This document shows positions 51,955 through 64,000 of a DNA stretch of 64,000 bases, one piece after another. The notes under the pieces were generated by a model. That model made no database searches and had not been told where the DNA came from. It saw only the letters and a program-made list of their open reading frames with translations. The translations under genes were made by a program, and so were the position numbers. Origin of the DNA: Vicugna vicugna. Taxonomy: Eukaryota. Location: assembly GCA_013265495.1 (NCBI GenBank), contig MU058636.1, forward strand, positions 4,189,741-4,253,740. The letters are read 5' to 3'. Within the stretch, counting starts at the first letter, position 1, and each line of letters begins with the position of its first letter.

Positions 51955-52100
51955 ATCATAGCTCACACTGAGCACTTATGAGTGCTGGGCACTATTTCAG
52001 CCACTTTCACATATATTATCTCATTTCATCCTCACAACAAACCTACGAAGAGGTTAACTATTATTAATCTTTTTTACAATTGAGGAAATTGGGGCATATG
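51955..52100 (-). mobile_element. MIR
   Basis: ctgagcactta..gtgctgggcact...atctcatttcatcctcacaacaa...tgaggaaattggggca. Confidence 0.85.
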
Positions 52101-52769
52101 CCAGGAGCTAGACATAAAAAAGACTGATTGTGTGTATCATCTCTGAGTATAAAGGGAGATTATTTTTAAAGTATTCTTGCAATATACAGAAATTAACATC
52201 TTCTCAAAGCATTCCATCACCCCAAGAGAATCACGTTTACAAGGAATCATAGGGACCAATTACCATGACAGTAAAAGTCATTTCATCACAAGGAGCCACA
52301 TTCAGACATATTCGGAAATAGCACAGCTCATTCCATAGTTATATTCTTTTCTGCTTTCCCTTTCCCAGCTGACTTCACTTTCATAATTTAGATTATGTAC
52401 TAATTGTGCCTTGGGAATCTAAAGCTGTAAAGAGGAGTACCTATCAATTTTCAAGCAGAAGCATCCTTTAAAAAATGTTACAAATTGCTAAATGATCACA
52501 TTTTATTTGTTGTAAACTTAATAATAAATTCAAGCCAAATACTCTGAAGGAAAAAGAGGATAGAGTTTCTCCACTTAAATAATATGTTAGCAGTGGTATG
52601 CAAGTCTTTTAGGCAGTATAGCCCACTATCCCTTCCCTATCTACTTCCTGCTCCCATTTGAGAAAAAAGACAGGCAAATGTCAGCAAATTCTGAGGACCA
52701 GACTGATCCAGCAGCCATGGCTTGGGTGGGCATTAGAATGGACATTTTCTATCTTCTTCTCTCTGTACC

Positions 52770-53256
52770 TGTAGTGGAATGTTAATTTGATGGCTCCCAA
52801 TGAACCATGCCTCCTTGTATTCACACCCTAGGTAGCCCCCAATGGGCTTAACTATGTATCTAGTTGTGGCTAATAGGGCATCAGCAAGTGTGATGAACAT
52901 GGAGATCTGATAAGCTCTTGCATTTGGGGCTTATACTTTTGATACATTGCTTTTTGAAACCCAATCACCATGCTGTAGGAAGCTTAAGAAGACACATAAA
53001 GGCAAATATGTGGAGGAGAACTACTTCCTCTGGTTCAAAGTACCAGTTGAGGTCCCAGTTTGTGGCCTACACCAACTGCCAACCATGTGAATGAGGTCAT
53101 TTAGACCTTCCAGCCATTCCCAAGCCATAGTGGATACTGCATCATAAAGAAGAACCAATCACTCAAGTCACAGAATCACAAGAAATAAATTGTTCTTTTT
53201 TTTTAAGTCAACGAGTTTTGGGGTAGGTTTTTACACATCAATAGGTAATTCAAACA
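52770..53256 (+). mobile_element. MLT1G-like solo LTR
   Basis: tgtagtgg...tggctcccaatgaaccatgcctcc...caactgccaaccatgtgaatgagg...caataggtaattcaaaca. Confidence 0.8.
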
Positions 53257-53259
53257 AGC

Positions 53260-54167
53260 CCTCTTTACTCTTCTAGTCCAGACCTTCATTAATTCCCTTC
53301 TGGATTACTGTCATAATCCTGGGGAAAAACTCCCTATATCCAACCCATTCCTATGCATACTCCAAACTCTAACCATAAAGATCTTTCTAAAAATCATCAG
53401 TGGTTCCCCAGGGTCTTTAGTATAAGTCCAGCTTATAACACAGAACATGAAGATGATAATAATATGACCCTTACTTCTCTCTCCACTTCAGCATATTACT
53501 CCAGACCACACTTTATGTTCCAGTAATAGTGAACTGTGTGCCTTGCTCTACCAAGGGTCATGCTCTCTAGAACCATCCTTCCCATTTCCACTTTACTATG
53601 CTGACTCCTCTTTGCTTTTCAGGACCTGGACCACGTGCATCTCCCCAGAATCCTTTAGCACTCTGCTTACCTCCATCATGGCACTTACCTACTGCACTGC
53701 AATTGTATCCTTTCTTATTTCTCTCCTTGTTAGACTGTAGACTATTTGAGGACATTGAATAAATACTTTCTGCGGCCTGAATGTCTGTGTCCCCCCAGTA
53801 TTAATATGTTGAAAGCTTAATGCCAACATGAAGGTATTAGGAGGTAGAGGCATTGGGAGATTCTTAAATCATAAGAATGGAGCCCTCATGAATAGGATTA
53901 ACGCTCTGATAAAAGAGACCCCAGAAAGCTCCCTAGCCTACTTCCACATATCAAGAATGGTTATGAACCAGGAAGAGGGCCAGCACCAGAACTGATCATA
54001 CTGGCACCCTGATCTTGGACTTTCCAGGCTCCAGAAACGTGAGAAAAAAATTTCTGCCATTTATAAGCTGCCCGAACAGACTCACACAATATTCACTTTT
54101 GTTTCCAGCACTGGCCACAATGCTTGGCACATTGTAGGTGTTCACAATGTGTTTTCTCAATGAATAA
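53260..54167 (+). mobile_element. L2 3' portion split by an MLT1A0
   Basis: gtccagaccttcatt..ctggattactg; tagactgtagactatttgaggac; tail cttggcacattgtaggtgttca...atgaataa. Confidence 0.75.
53768..54088 (+). mobile_element. MLT1A0-like LTR
   Basis: tgaatgtctgtgtcccccc, ggagccctcatgaatagga, ctggcaccctgatcttggact; TSD atact/atatt. Confidence 0.88.
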
Positions 54168-54479
54168 TTTACTTCACCCTGCCATCATTCCAAGGTGACA
54201 TTTGTTTATTTCTCCCAGGCTTACCTCATTCCCACATAAGGGACAGATGAGGAAGCTATTTTTTTACAGAAGAATGATTTGATCAAGGTCACATATTACA
54301 TTCCAGAATAATGGCAAACAGGTCTCAGAAATTCAAGCTACACCAGAGTTCAAAGGGGAAAGCCACAATCTAAATGGGACTTTGTTAGAGACAAGGATTT
54401 ATAACTTAACCAATTCCAAGACTCATTTCATATTTGACTTCTTCTGAGACTCCACCCCTTAACCACACAGGTTAGACTA

Positions 54480-54695
54480 GAAGACTTTTCTCCATGTTCT
54501 CATAGGATTCTGTTTATTCTTTACTTAACAGTGTATAGTAATTGTCTATCTGCCCTTTTCCCTCATTAAACTTGGATTCCTGAATGAAAGGACTATATCT
54601 TATTTATATCTCAAGGGTCCAGTACAACACTGGCATACAATGTATGCTCAAGAAATTATTGTTGTATGAATGAATGAATGAATGAATGAATGAAT
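54480..54695 (+). mobile_element. L2 3' end with (TGAA)7 tail
   Basis: agggtccagtacaacactggcataca...tgaatgaatgaatgaatgaatgaatgaa. Confidence 0.75.
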
Positions 54696-55254
54696 AAGCC
54701 AGAAAATGAAACTTTGTTGAGATCACATGGGAGCAGAGTTACCTTGAACAAGGGCTGTTTGCAGCTTCTTTTAATGGTTCATTGGATATTAGCCTAGCTC
54801 AGTGGTCAGAGGTAAAATGAGCAATTCATCCAAGGTATGGGACTGCCCTGGCTCCCCCAGTAGAATCTCCTGATGTGATCTTGTGATTGTAAATTATTTT
54901 AGCTCTAGAATTATTACAGTGAAGCTCAATATGTAAAACAGATGAGAGCAGAGTTCTGGTTGAAGCAGATGAAGGAAACAAGAATCCCACCTATTGGCCC
55001 TCTTCCCTCTACCAGCCCATTTCTTTCTTCCTCTACTACTTCAGCAGCCCACAAATGTACTTCACAGAAGCCTAGTTTGAAAACCGCTGTTCTAAAGCTT
55101 TCTTAAGATGTGAGTTAAGTTGCCATAACTGCTTTTCTAGTCCATTTTTTCCCAAATAGTAGCAAAGCAACCATCCACACTATAGTTGAGACATAGCTGC
55201 CCTGCCTCCCAGCTAGTGGGCACTGGAGCTGGTGGAGGGCATGCAGCATACAGC

Positions 55255-55790
55255 ACGTAGTCTGATGCCTTCCCTGACCCGCTTACGTACAACTGTCTCA
55301 CAACATCCCTATCTTTGTCTCATTTTATATCCTCTAAGCAAGCTTGCCTTTTTCTCCAGTCATTACTGTGGCCACTAGCTTCATGCAAGTGTAGCCAGGC
55401 AGCCCCTGCCCAGCTGTGCTGCAGAGCTCCTGCTTTCTGCCTCTGGGCTTCTCTCCTGACCCTGCCTGTCAGAACCCACCCAGCCATCCTGGCAAATGCT
55501 CAAACTTGGAATCAAATAGCGGAACCTGTGACCTAATGGAATAGGACCTACTGAAAAATATGGCCACCTTCTGTGATTTGGGTGGACAATTCTAACGCAC
55601 AATGAAGTTCCTCTGATGATTCCCATGGGGATTGAATCTCAGTTGCCTGCAGCATCACAGCCTAAGATGGGCTCTCCTTCCTTTATCGTTTTATTCTTCT
55701 CAGTGCTGCACCTTGGGATCTACCAAAGATAAACTATCTACACTTAAGCCATTGTCTCAGGATGATCTGGGAGTCAACCAAGTTAAGATG
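55255..55790 (+). mobile_element. Ancient ERVL-class LTR (LTR16/LTR67/MER76-like)
   Basis: ctgatgccttccctgaccc...gataaactatctacacttaagccattgtctcagg...aaccaagttaagat. Confidence 0.45.
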
Positions 55791-55794
55791 GCTC

Positions 55795-55990
55795 CTTGTG
55801 CGCTTTATTTTTCTTCTTAGCATTTATTATCCCCGATGTACTTTACATTTACTTGTTTGTTTATCTGTCTCCTTCCTAAAATAAAAACTGGACAAAAGCT
55901 GGGACTTGGTTTTTTTCAATGGTATATTATAATACTTTGAATAATGCTTGCTACATAGTAGGTACTCAGTGAATATTTCTAAAATTAATC
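55795..55990 (+). mobile_element. L2 3' end
   Basis: ttgtttgtttatctgtctcc...catagtaggtactcagtgaatatt. Confidence 0.7.
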
Positions 55991-56589
55991 TGTTGAGTCT
56001 ATGGCTATATTTCTGATTCCCTGGTTGCCAGGATGGATGTGAATTAAACAAGTTCATCAGCAGACACATACACCTTGGCAGGGGACGGGAATTCAGTGTG
56101 GATACAATATAAGGTTAAATGCGTTCCCACTACACTACCAGGATGCAGTCTTCTGCAGACTGGGAAGTTCTCATAGCAGGCAGCAGCTGACATAGTAACC
56201 ATCTACACTGAGGTTACACCACTGCCTGCTGCACATTATGGCCATTCAGATGTGTCTTAAGGGACTAGACACTTAGGGTCAACTGCTCTGGATCAAATTT
56301 GAGCCAACGGGAAGGGACTTCTTGTAGTAGTAAGAAGGTATGGCAGTACAAGTTGGGTCTCCTCTCTTGTTGAAAGAGGAGCAGGACAGGGCTCACCATG
56401 CTTGGCCATAATGGGGTTGGCTTCCACAGGCATGAGGCAGAAACAGATTGCTCTCCTGACAATGGGTGATGCCAGAAGCCCAGAGGTGATGGGTGATGCT
56501 AGGGGACTGACTGTCCAGAATAATAACAGAGACATTAGGCCTGACTGCCAAGAAAAGTAGGAATGGGCTCCAAAACTGGAAGTCCAAAG

Positions 56590-57140
56590 AACTTAAATGC
56601 CCATGGACAGATGACTGGATAAAGAAGATGTGGTATATATACACAGTGGAATACCACTCTGCCATAAAGAATAAAATAATGCCATCTGCAGCAATATGAT
56701 GGATCTGGAGATTGTCAAACTAAGTAAACTAAGGCAGAAATAGGAAGAAATATCATATGATATCACTTACATGTGAAATCTTTTTAAAATGACACAAATG
56801 AACTTATTTACAAAACAGAAGCAGACTTCCAGACATAGAAAACAAAATTGTGGTTACCAGGGAGAAAAGGAGACGATGGGATAAATTGGGCGTATGGGAT
56901 TTGCAGGTACTAACTACTATATATAACACAGATGAACAGCAAGGTCCTACCCTATATCACAGGGAACTATACTGAGTATCTTGTAATAGCCTATAATGAA
57001 AAAGAATATGAAAAGGAATATATGTATGCATGTGTGTGTATATATATATATGAATCACTATGCTATATACCAGAAATTAACACAATATTGCAAACGGACT
57101 ATACTTCAGTTAAAAAACTTTAGAATAGAAAAAATAAATA
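56590..57140 (+). mobile_element. Camelid-type L1 3' end
   Basis: gatgactggataaagaagatgtgg...gacacaaatgaacttatttacaaaacagaa...A-rich tail. Confidence 0.92.
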
Positions 57141-57549
57141 AGTAACTGAGAGCTTCTCTAATATTTGCCCCCTGCCTTCAATTGGTACTTTATTCCAAAT
57201 AAATACGGGTGATATTTTAATCAGTTTTTTGTCCACCGAGCGCTTTAGTGGTCAGATTCCCATCCCCAAATACGGGCTAGATTTTCACTGCCTTCAGCCC
57301 CAACCAAGTCAGATAATCTCACATTGCCTAACTGTCTTTAAAGTCTATTTATTACTTGCAACCATTTCTGTCAAGTTTCTGTCTCTAGCTGATTTGAGAA
57401 GAGAAAAATGAAATAAAATTACAAAGAATATTGAATAGCTTTCAACCAACTACAGAATCAGGCTTAGAAAACAAGCAGAAATGAAGGTTAGGAACAATCA
57501 ATGTCACACTTCCTATTCCTCCCATTTTCCCTCAAGAAAAGACTGAAAC

Positions 57550-57920
57550 CATTCCTGCCCGCCACTGTTATCAAGCAATGGCTACAAGATGCCATAGCTG
57601 TACCACTGCCCCCAGTGACTGTGGAAACCCAATGTTGTGACTGCTGCTATTTGCTGTCCCCAGAAAGGATTCTCTATGGGCCCTGGCTCTTTGTCTGTCT
57701 GGCCCTTGATTCAGGATTGAAGCCTGATGCTTCTTATTGGTAAATCAGTACTCTTTACATGCCCATGCTACAAACTACAATAGAAAATACACAGCTGGAA
57801 TTTTCAGCTTTCATAGGGGTACACTATATTTGCTTCCCATACAGATTTCAAGGTAAGAAATATTCAAACATGACTTTAAATGCCAGATAAACAGAATTAA
57901 AAAATCACGTGTCAATTACA
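57550..57920 (-). mobile_element. Old MaLR LTR (MLT1L/M-like)
   Basis: gatgcttcttattgg...cacgtgtcaattaca terminus. Confidence 0.35.
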
Positions 57921-59420
57921 AGGGGTAAGGGAGAGACTGTCACTTGATTTCTTGTGCTAAGGAAGCCAAGGATCACATGAACCAGAACTAGAACTGAATC
58001 TCATCAATATCCAGTAGCATGAGGCTCTGAACACAAGCTAATGTTACTCTCAGGGGGAGAAAGAAATAAATGTACAATTACTGTTATTTTTGAAACAGTA
58101 TTTTTACTGTACTGTGTTTATAGGTGAAGTTTCATCAGAGTTTTCCTACATTGTTCATCATTTGATGACAAAAATGGGACATTCTGGCCTTTTTGCTTGT
58201 TTTTCATTTCTCAGTCTGGAAGAGAGATACACATTTGATTCCAAATGATTGACCTGGTATTGCCCTTTTTGTGTCTTTTTGCTCTTTGTTCTTCTATATT
58301 ATATTATTTCTGCAAATAGGGCCTATTTTTAAAACGTGTTCCCACATTAAAAAAAAATTTTTGCTATTTTTGTTTTAGTCATAAGAGGAGTCAACTTTCT
58401 AAGGAATTTTCAATTACCACTGAAGTTGAGTCAGGGGATCTGCCTTTCATTTGTCTCCCTGACAAGCAATGCTCCTTATAAAGAAATTTTCCTCAGACCT
58501 TCTCTATTTCAGAACAAAGGACATTTGCGGAGTAGCTTACTCAAAGCATATTTTTCATTCAGAAAAAAAAAAATACATCAACTTCCTTGTTTTGCATCTC
58601 TACGATTTCTAGTTTTCCCTTCTGTGCCTTAAGGCTTGCTCTTGCAAATATATCTGTGCACACACCCAGTTTTCTCATTATAATACCTTGCATTTACATA
58701 ATGCTCCGCATTATCACCATTTTACAGACAAAGCAGCAAGCATCCAACAAGAATAACTCACCATAGCAAATAATAACCTTGCAAACAGCACGCAGTGTAA
58801 CCAAGACTCTAGGACAGGGTCTCCTACTCCACATTCCCCTGCTTCCCAGTCTGTGCAGACCTGACATACACATGTGTTAAGTAGATGCCTGCTGCATACA
58901 AGAGGAGCTTGATAATCAAATGCATCAAAATATATTACGTGTTCTCTGGATAATCTCTGGCTATGTAAGTCTAGGATATTTAAATCCACTGATTAAAATC
59001 TGCTATTGATACTTAGTGCTAGTTGAACATCCAGATTCCCTGGAAATTTGAATTCACTGGCAGCTCAGTTAATTTTCATCACTCAGAGAAGTTTCAGAAA
59101 CACTCTTTTCAACCAACCACCTACCAGGAAAACATGCAGCTTTGGTCCAAAGGGAATAGGGTTAGATGTCGTGAGAGATTCAGCGCATATTCTGAACCAT
59201 TTCATCTGGGTCTCAATGAAAGGTGAAAACATCAGTCAATTGAGAAGATGATTTTCCTTGTTATAGCAATAGTCCCTGTCTTTGCTGAGTTTTAAACACT
59301 CCAAAATACTGGATGTTTCATTTCCCTTTTCATCCGCACATGTTAGTTTTCTAGAGACATGACCTAAAGTCATATAGAACTATTATGCTTCTAGCACTGT
59401 ACTGTGCACATATTAGGAAC

Positions 59421-59723
59421 TGTATTCACTCCTGAGGGCGGCCATAACAAAGTGCCATAAACTGAGTGGTCTATAAAAAAGAAACTTACTCTCTCTCAGT
59501 TCTGCAGGCTAGAAGCCATCTTGGCTTGGGGATACAGCACTCCATCTCTGCCTCTGTCTTCACATGGCCTTCTTCCCTGCATGTCCCAAGACCCCTCCTC
59601 TTATAAGGATACCTCACCTCAACTTGATTACATCTGCAAAGACTATTTCCAATTAAGGTCACATTCACAGGTTCTGGGTGGACATGAACTTGGGAGGTAG
59701 GGAACACTATTAAACCCAGTACA
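59421..59723 (-). mobile_element. MLT1C-like LTR with internal deletion
   Basis: ggccataacaaagtgcca, tctctgcctctgtcttcacatgg, aaggtcacattcacaggttctggg, cccagtaca. Confidence 0.85.
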
Positions 59724-60032
59724 GGAGTTATGAGTATCAGCTCAGAATAGGAATAAAATGTCAAAGTCTCATGTTGCAGTCTGTGCTAAGAAAGAAGTGC
59801 AGGACATTTCTTTGTGGAAGGATCCCTCCCTCTTTCTTTTCTAGATTAATTTAATTAGGGTTAACTCAATAAGCTGTCAGCCAGCTGTTTAAAAACACTA
59901 ATTAGGAAAATGATAACAAACTTGGAAAACTTCTTATGATATAATGCAAACTTAACAAGTCAAAATATAAAATGATGGGTCTTATTTGTACATCATTATA
60001 CACATGAAACACTGTGTTAAGATGATCAGGTT

Positions 60033-60439
60033 ATTTGCAGCAACATGGCTGGACCTGGAGATCATCATCCTAAGTGAAGTAAGCTAGAAATGAACTTATT
60101 TACAAAACAAAAACAGACTCACAGACAGAGAAAACAAACTTAGAGTTACCAGGCAGGAAAGGGGATGGGAAGGAATAGACTGGGAGTCTGAGATTTGCAG
60201 ATACTAACTACTATATATAAAACAGATAAACAACAGGTTTCTACTGCATAGCAAAGGGATCTACATTCAATATCTTGCAGTAACCTGTAATGAAAACAAG
60301 TATGAGTATGAAAAGGAATATATGTATGTATATGTATGACTAAAACATTATGCTGTCCACCAGAAATTGATACAACATTGTAAACTGATTGTACTTCAAT
60401 AATAAATGAAAGAAAACAAAATCCAGAATAAAAAAAAAA
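60033..60439 (+). mobile_element. Camelid-type L1 3' end
   Basis: atttgcagcaacatggctggacctggag...gatttgcagatactaactactatatataaaac...poly(A); partial TSD aagatg. Confidence 0.92.
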
Positions 60440-60949
60440 GATGGTGGGGATATAGACATTTTGTTTTCAATTTTTCCTTAATGTTCCTTTCTTTTTTTTC
60501 TATCTTTGAGTTACAAACTGACATCGTTTCACTCCAGTAAGAGAATATAATCAATCTCTTCCCATGGAATTCTCTTTGTTTTTCCTTCACAGAGTTATCA
60601 CATTTTCTAATTAATCATTTTTATGACCTAGTTAACTCGATGCTCACTTACAGTTTTAACAATTTTCCCTACTCCACTCTTCACATTTCTTTATCCTCTT
60701 AGAAGTGATATATTTTTCCAGATAGACTACCTTTCCGAAAATCCAGTAAGACTTCTCAACTGCCAAGGACTGGTACTGAGTACAATTCCTGGGGAGTCGC
60801 TAACCAGGTCTACTGCTAGAAGAGTTCAACTTACAGGATGAACTTCCCTCCATAACCTCCTCTCCCAGAGACATTATTTATATGAAATCTGGTTCAAATG
60901 AGCTCAGAGGCATTGTCAGAGGGAGAAAAAGATACAAAGCTGTCTGAAT

Positions 60950-61215
60950 AGGGGTGTGCGAGCATGCACGTGAGGCCAGGTCACGTCCACTCCTGAGAGT
61001 CAGGCTACGTAGGCTTATCTGGCAGGACCCGTGAAGAGGGCCGCTGCAAACGCTTTTGTCAGAGTAACTGCGGATCCTCCTGAGAAGGGGAGCTAAGACC
61101 AATCAGACTGGCTTTGGTTTTGGAGACAAAGGTGATTCAGACTGCAAGGTCTACCCGCTGCCGCCGGGCTGGGCTCTTCTCTGAATCGTGTGACAGAGGC
61201 GGAGCGTGGTAAGAG
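60950..61215. promoter_or_regulatory. CpG-rich promoter/enhancer-like patch
   Basis: 14 CpGs counted in 60959-61206; E-box CACGTG 60967, GGTCACGT 60979, NF-Y box GACCAATCAG 61097, GC-box-like gaggcggagc ~61196. Confidence 0.45.
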
Positions 61216-61283
61216 AATTAGACATGAAAACATAAATGTTTCCCTAAAGCCCCAGTGTCATCCTTAAACAAGTGAGAACTAAC

Positions 61284-61507
61284 GAGCACCACTCAAAACA
61301 CGGTCTGCAGCCCAGTGCGGGTCTGTGAACTGTCTGTTACAAGTTCGTCATAAAAGGAACACACAAATCTAGAGGCTTTAGATGCTTTGATTGCAAACAG
61401 ACAGTGTTGCAACATCAAAGCACAAGATCCCTGGGTTTGTCTCACTGAACAGGGTGAAGACCACAAGTATTAGTAACATTCACCACTCACATTCTCAGAA
61501 GCACTGA
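61284..61507. mobile_element. hAT-Charlie family MITE (MER119/Charlie-like)
   Basis: Degenerate TIRs gagcaccactcaaa / ttctcagaagcactg; gtctgtgaactgtctgttac. Confidence 0.5.
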
Positions 61508-61519
61508 TCATAAACCACA

Positions 61520-61985
61520 GGACAGAAATTGGAGGCAGGGAGAGCCCGGGTTCATTTTGTGGTTCAGAGCTCTTTCCAGCCTTCTCCTCTGCTATCTACA
61601 GGTTCTGACTTTCTGTCCTTCTGCTTGTCTCTTCAAGTCACAAAACAATTTCCGCAGCTTAAGACATCACATCCTCATACCAAAATCCCCACAAAGGAAG
61701 GAAGGGACAAACAAAGGCTTCTACTTCCTAAGGAAGAAAATCCTCCTGGAAGCCCCCTGGAAAACTTTCCCTCGCACTGCTTCACGGAAGAGGAGACTGG
61801 AGAACCGAGTTTCTAACAAAGAAAAGTGGGATTATCATGACTATCTTCAGCTGATTATAACGTAGCCCCTGAAGCTGACAGAGGGTCTGCCCTTCCCAGA
61901 GATCAGGGAATTTCCTCCTGCTACCTGAACTAATCACGGTTCTGTTAGAGAGGGAGGAAATAACTGTTGAGCAGCCAGTAAACAA
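61520..61985 (-). mobile_element. MLT1K-like LTR
   Basis: gacatcacatcc, ggaagccccc..aaactttccctc, gggattatcatgact, ggttctgttag. Confidence 0.55.
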
Positions 61986-62411
61986 TTACTGGGATTCTCC
62001 ATTAAGATATGGGCTCCGTGAGGGTAAGCACTGCTAATCCTCACTGCTCAGCGTACCCCTGGTAGATACTGGGTTCTCCTACAACCAAATATAATGATGA
62101 AACTACTATATTCAGCCCATCCTCTAAATGCTTACTCTTTATAACGTCAAGCATCTAGGTATTAAGGAGCAGTTTTTCCCTCTATATCACATGGTCTCTC
62201 TCTCCCATCTCCTTGTCCCAGATCTTAGCTAATGCAGGCATGAGATTCTGTTTCAGCCAAAGTTTTTGGATGCAATGACTGCAGCCTCTGAATCATGGCC
62301 AAGAAAGAGCTTCCACTTCACCTCATTAAAAAAAATCAGTTCTCCCCAAGTTCTAAAACCCTCCAAATGATTTTGTTCCATTAATACTCACTTAAACTCA
62401 TAGGTTTTAAA

Positions 62412-64000
62412 ACTTCCAGTTTCAGCTTTGATGTGTAAAGAGCTTGGAAGTTGTCACTCCTGTCCTTACAACAAGAAAAAGCTGGCCAAACTAAAAACCA
62501 ATGACTTTTCTCAGACCTACCAGGGAGGCCATAGGGCAATATGCCACCCTAAAGTCTGGAGAGTTAGGGAAATCCAGACAGTCACAGCCAAAGACTGCTT
62601 ACCTCGAGCAGACACTGCTGGATCATACTGGTGGGAACACATAAATGGAAGTGTTGATGAGCTGCTGCAGGCTGAGTGTAACCGGCATGAGAAGGAGAAT
62701 TTCCTTGGGACTGCAGTGGGGGCAGGGGCGCACTTCCACTGGCTTTACCTCCACGAATCCCACCAGCTTCTGACGATGAACAGCTGATAAAGATACCCTC
62801 CCAGGTCTGGCATGGAGGATGAGGAGTAATGCTTGTGCAATAGGCCCAGACCTTTTCCACAACAACAGTCTTCTCTCCAGGGGGAAAGACTTCACCAGAG
62901 GCTTGCCCTAGAGCTGTGAGGGAGGGTCATCCCTTTGATTTCTGCCCCCATCTAGTCATCTCAGTCTTACCTAAGGAGCACGGCAAGTGAAACGACACAA
63001 AAAACACTTGTGGTCACAGGCCACAGACACAGGCGCAATGAAACAGACTCAGTTGGAAGATTCTAGAATGCTCCTTCTCCCATTTACTTGACCACCACAC
63101 CAGCAGGGCTCCAGGATAACAAGAGGAAAGTCACAGCTGAAAGACCAGAGGGACACGGCCTCTCTCAAACTTAACAGAATCCCAAAGTCAAGAAGGGAGA
63201 CACAATCAACACTAAAAGAATTTGAAGCACCTGGTACCTACAGCTACAGCAAGTACTAAACACAGCCCAGCCAGATTAGCAGAAAACCTCACAATTAAGG
63301 CCTATTAACCTTGCTTCCCATTACCCAGTATGTGGTATCCAGAGTTCAACAAAAAATTCCACGTCACTCCAAAAGGCAAGAGGAAAAAAAAAAGTCTGAA
63401 GAGGCAAAGCAAGCATCAGAACCAAATTCAGAAATGACACAGTTGTCAGAATTTTCAGTTCATTAAAAATAAGTCTGACTGATATGTTAAAGTCTGTAAT
63501 GGAAAAGTTAGACAATATTCAAGAAGAGATGAGTTTCTTATACAGAAATTCTAAGAAAGAATCAAAAGAAAACCGTAGAATCAGAAGCACTGTAACAGAA
63601 ATGACGCTTACCTTGGATGAGCTCAACTAGTCACAGCTGAGGAAAGAATCGGTGCGCCTTAACGCAAGTCAGTAGTTCCCAAACTGCAAATCAAAAATAA
63701 ATAATAATGAACAGAACAATTACAAAAGGTGCAAACTAAGCAGAATGAAGTTACCAAATGAACAATAAAGAGGGAAAAAAAAGCAAAAAAAATTTTTAAG
63801 AAATAAACGCTCTAAACTTTTCAAAATTTGAAAATCACTAAACCACAGATCCAGGAAGCTCAGAGTAACCACAAAACGAACCAAAAAAAAAACACCGCAA
63901 AAACAGCGCCCAGAAGGTGGCGGGGGTGGGGGTGGTGGGAGGCCGCCTTACCTGAGGAGGACTGATGGTAACAGCTACCCTCCGGTGGGCTTCGCTCAGA
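62412..64000 (+). mobile_element. Old L1 (L1MD/L1MC-like) 5' UTR plus decayed ORF1, running off the window
   Basis: acttccagtttcagc...gagcttggaagt start; ctgaagaggcaaagcaagcatcagaacca; aaccacagatccaggaagctcagag; paralog of 15690-17500. Confidence 0.8.

Noticed and set aside
54227..54369. Additional minus-strand exon (donor gag|GTAAGC)
   Set aside because: The acceptor polypyrimidine tract is weak; not enough support to list.
15690..63520. Long-range inverted segmental duplication between 15.7-17.5 kb and 62.4-63.5 kb
   Set aside because: Explained by two independent insertions of related old L1 5' ends; similarity is confined to the TE and heavily diverged.
1..64000. ORF-track entries as protein-coding genes
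   Set aside because: All are short (up to 165 aa), many start at non-ATG codons, none has a recognisable non-TE domain, and many lie inside decayed repeats; no consistent coding exon chain was found.

Overview
This is AT-rich, CpG-depleted mammalian (eutherian) non-coding genomic DNA. It is most likely from a camelid, based on a Vic-1-type tRNA-derived SINE at ~33.8 kb and several young L1 3' ends of the camelid/cetartiodactyl type; I saw no Alu, Bov-tA, PRE-1 or Can-SINEs. Roughly half the window is recognisable transposon fossil: L1 of several ages, L2, L3/CR1, MIR, MaLR MLT1 LTRs, an ERVL pol/dUTPase remnant with an LTR16-type LTR, and Tigger1, MER2B, MER5, MER63 and Charlie DNA elements. 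I find no credible protein-coding gene. The ORF-track entries are chance ORFs or decayed TE fragments, and there is no rRNA, bona fide tRNA, CRISPR or prokaryote-type system. The most interesting observations are modest: (1) several strong minus-strand splice-site-bounded non-coding exon candidates, suggesting a spliced lncRNA that may start near a CpG-rich region at or beyond the right edge; (2) a ~260-bp copy of local CR1-derived DNA inserted inside a MER5-type MITE 8.7 kb away, with microhomology at the junctions; (3) a second short templated insertion at an L1 break; (4) an old twin-primed (5'-inverted) L1; (5) a perfect 17-bp hairpin; (6) a CpG/E-box/CCAAT promoter-like patch at ~61 kb. 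Repeat subfamily names come from recalled consensus motifs, not from a database search, and boundaries are approximate unless TSDs are quoted. I do not see evidence of a novel biological system.
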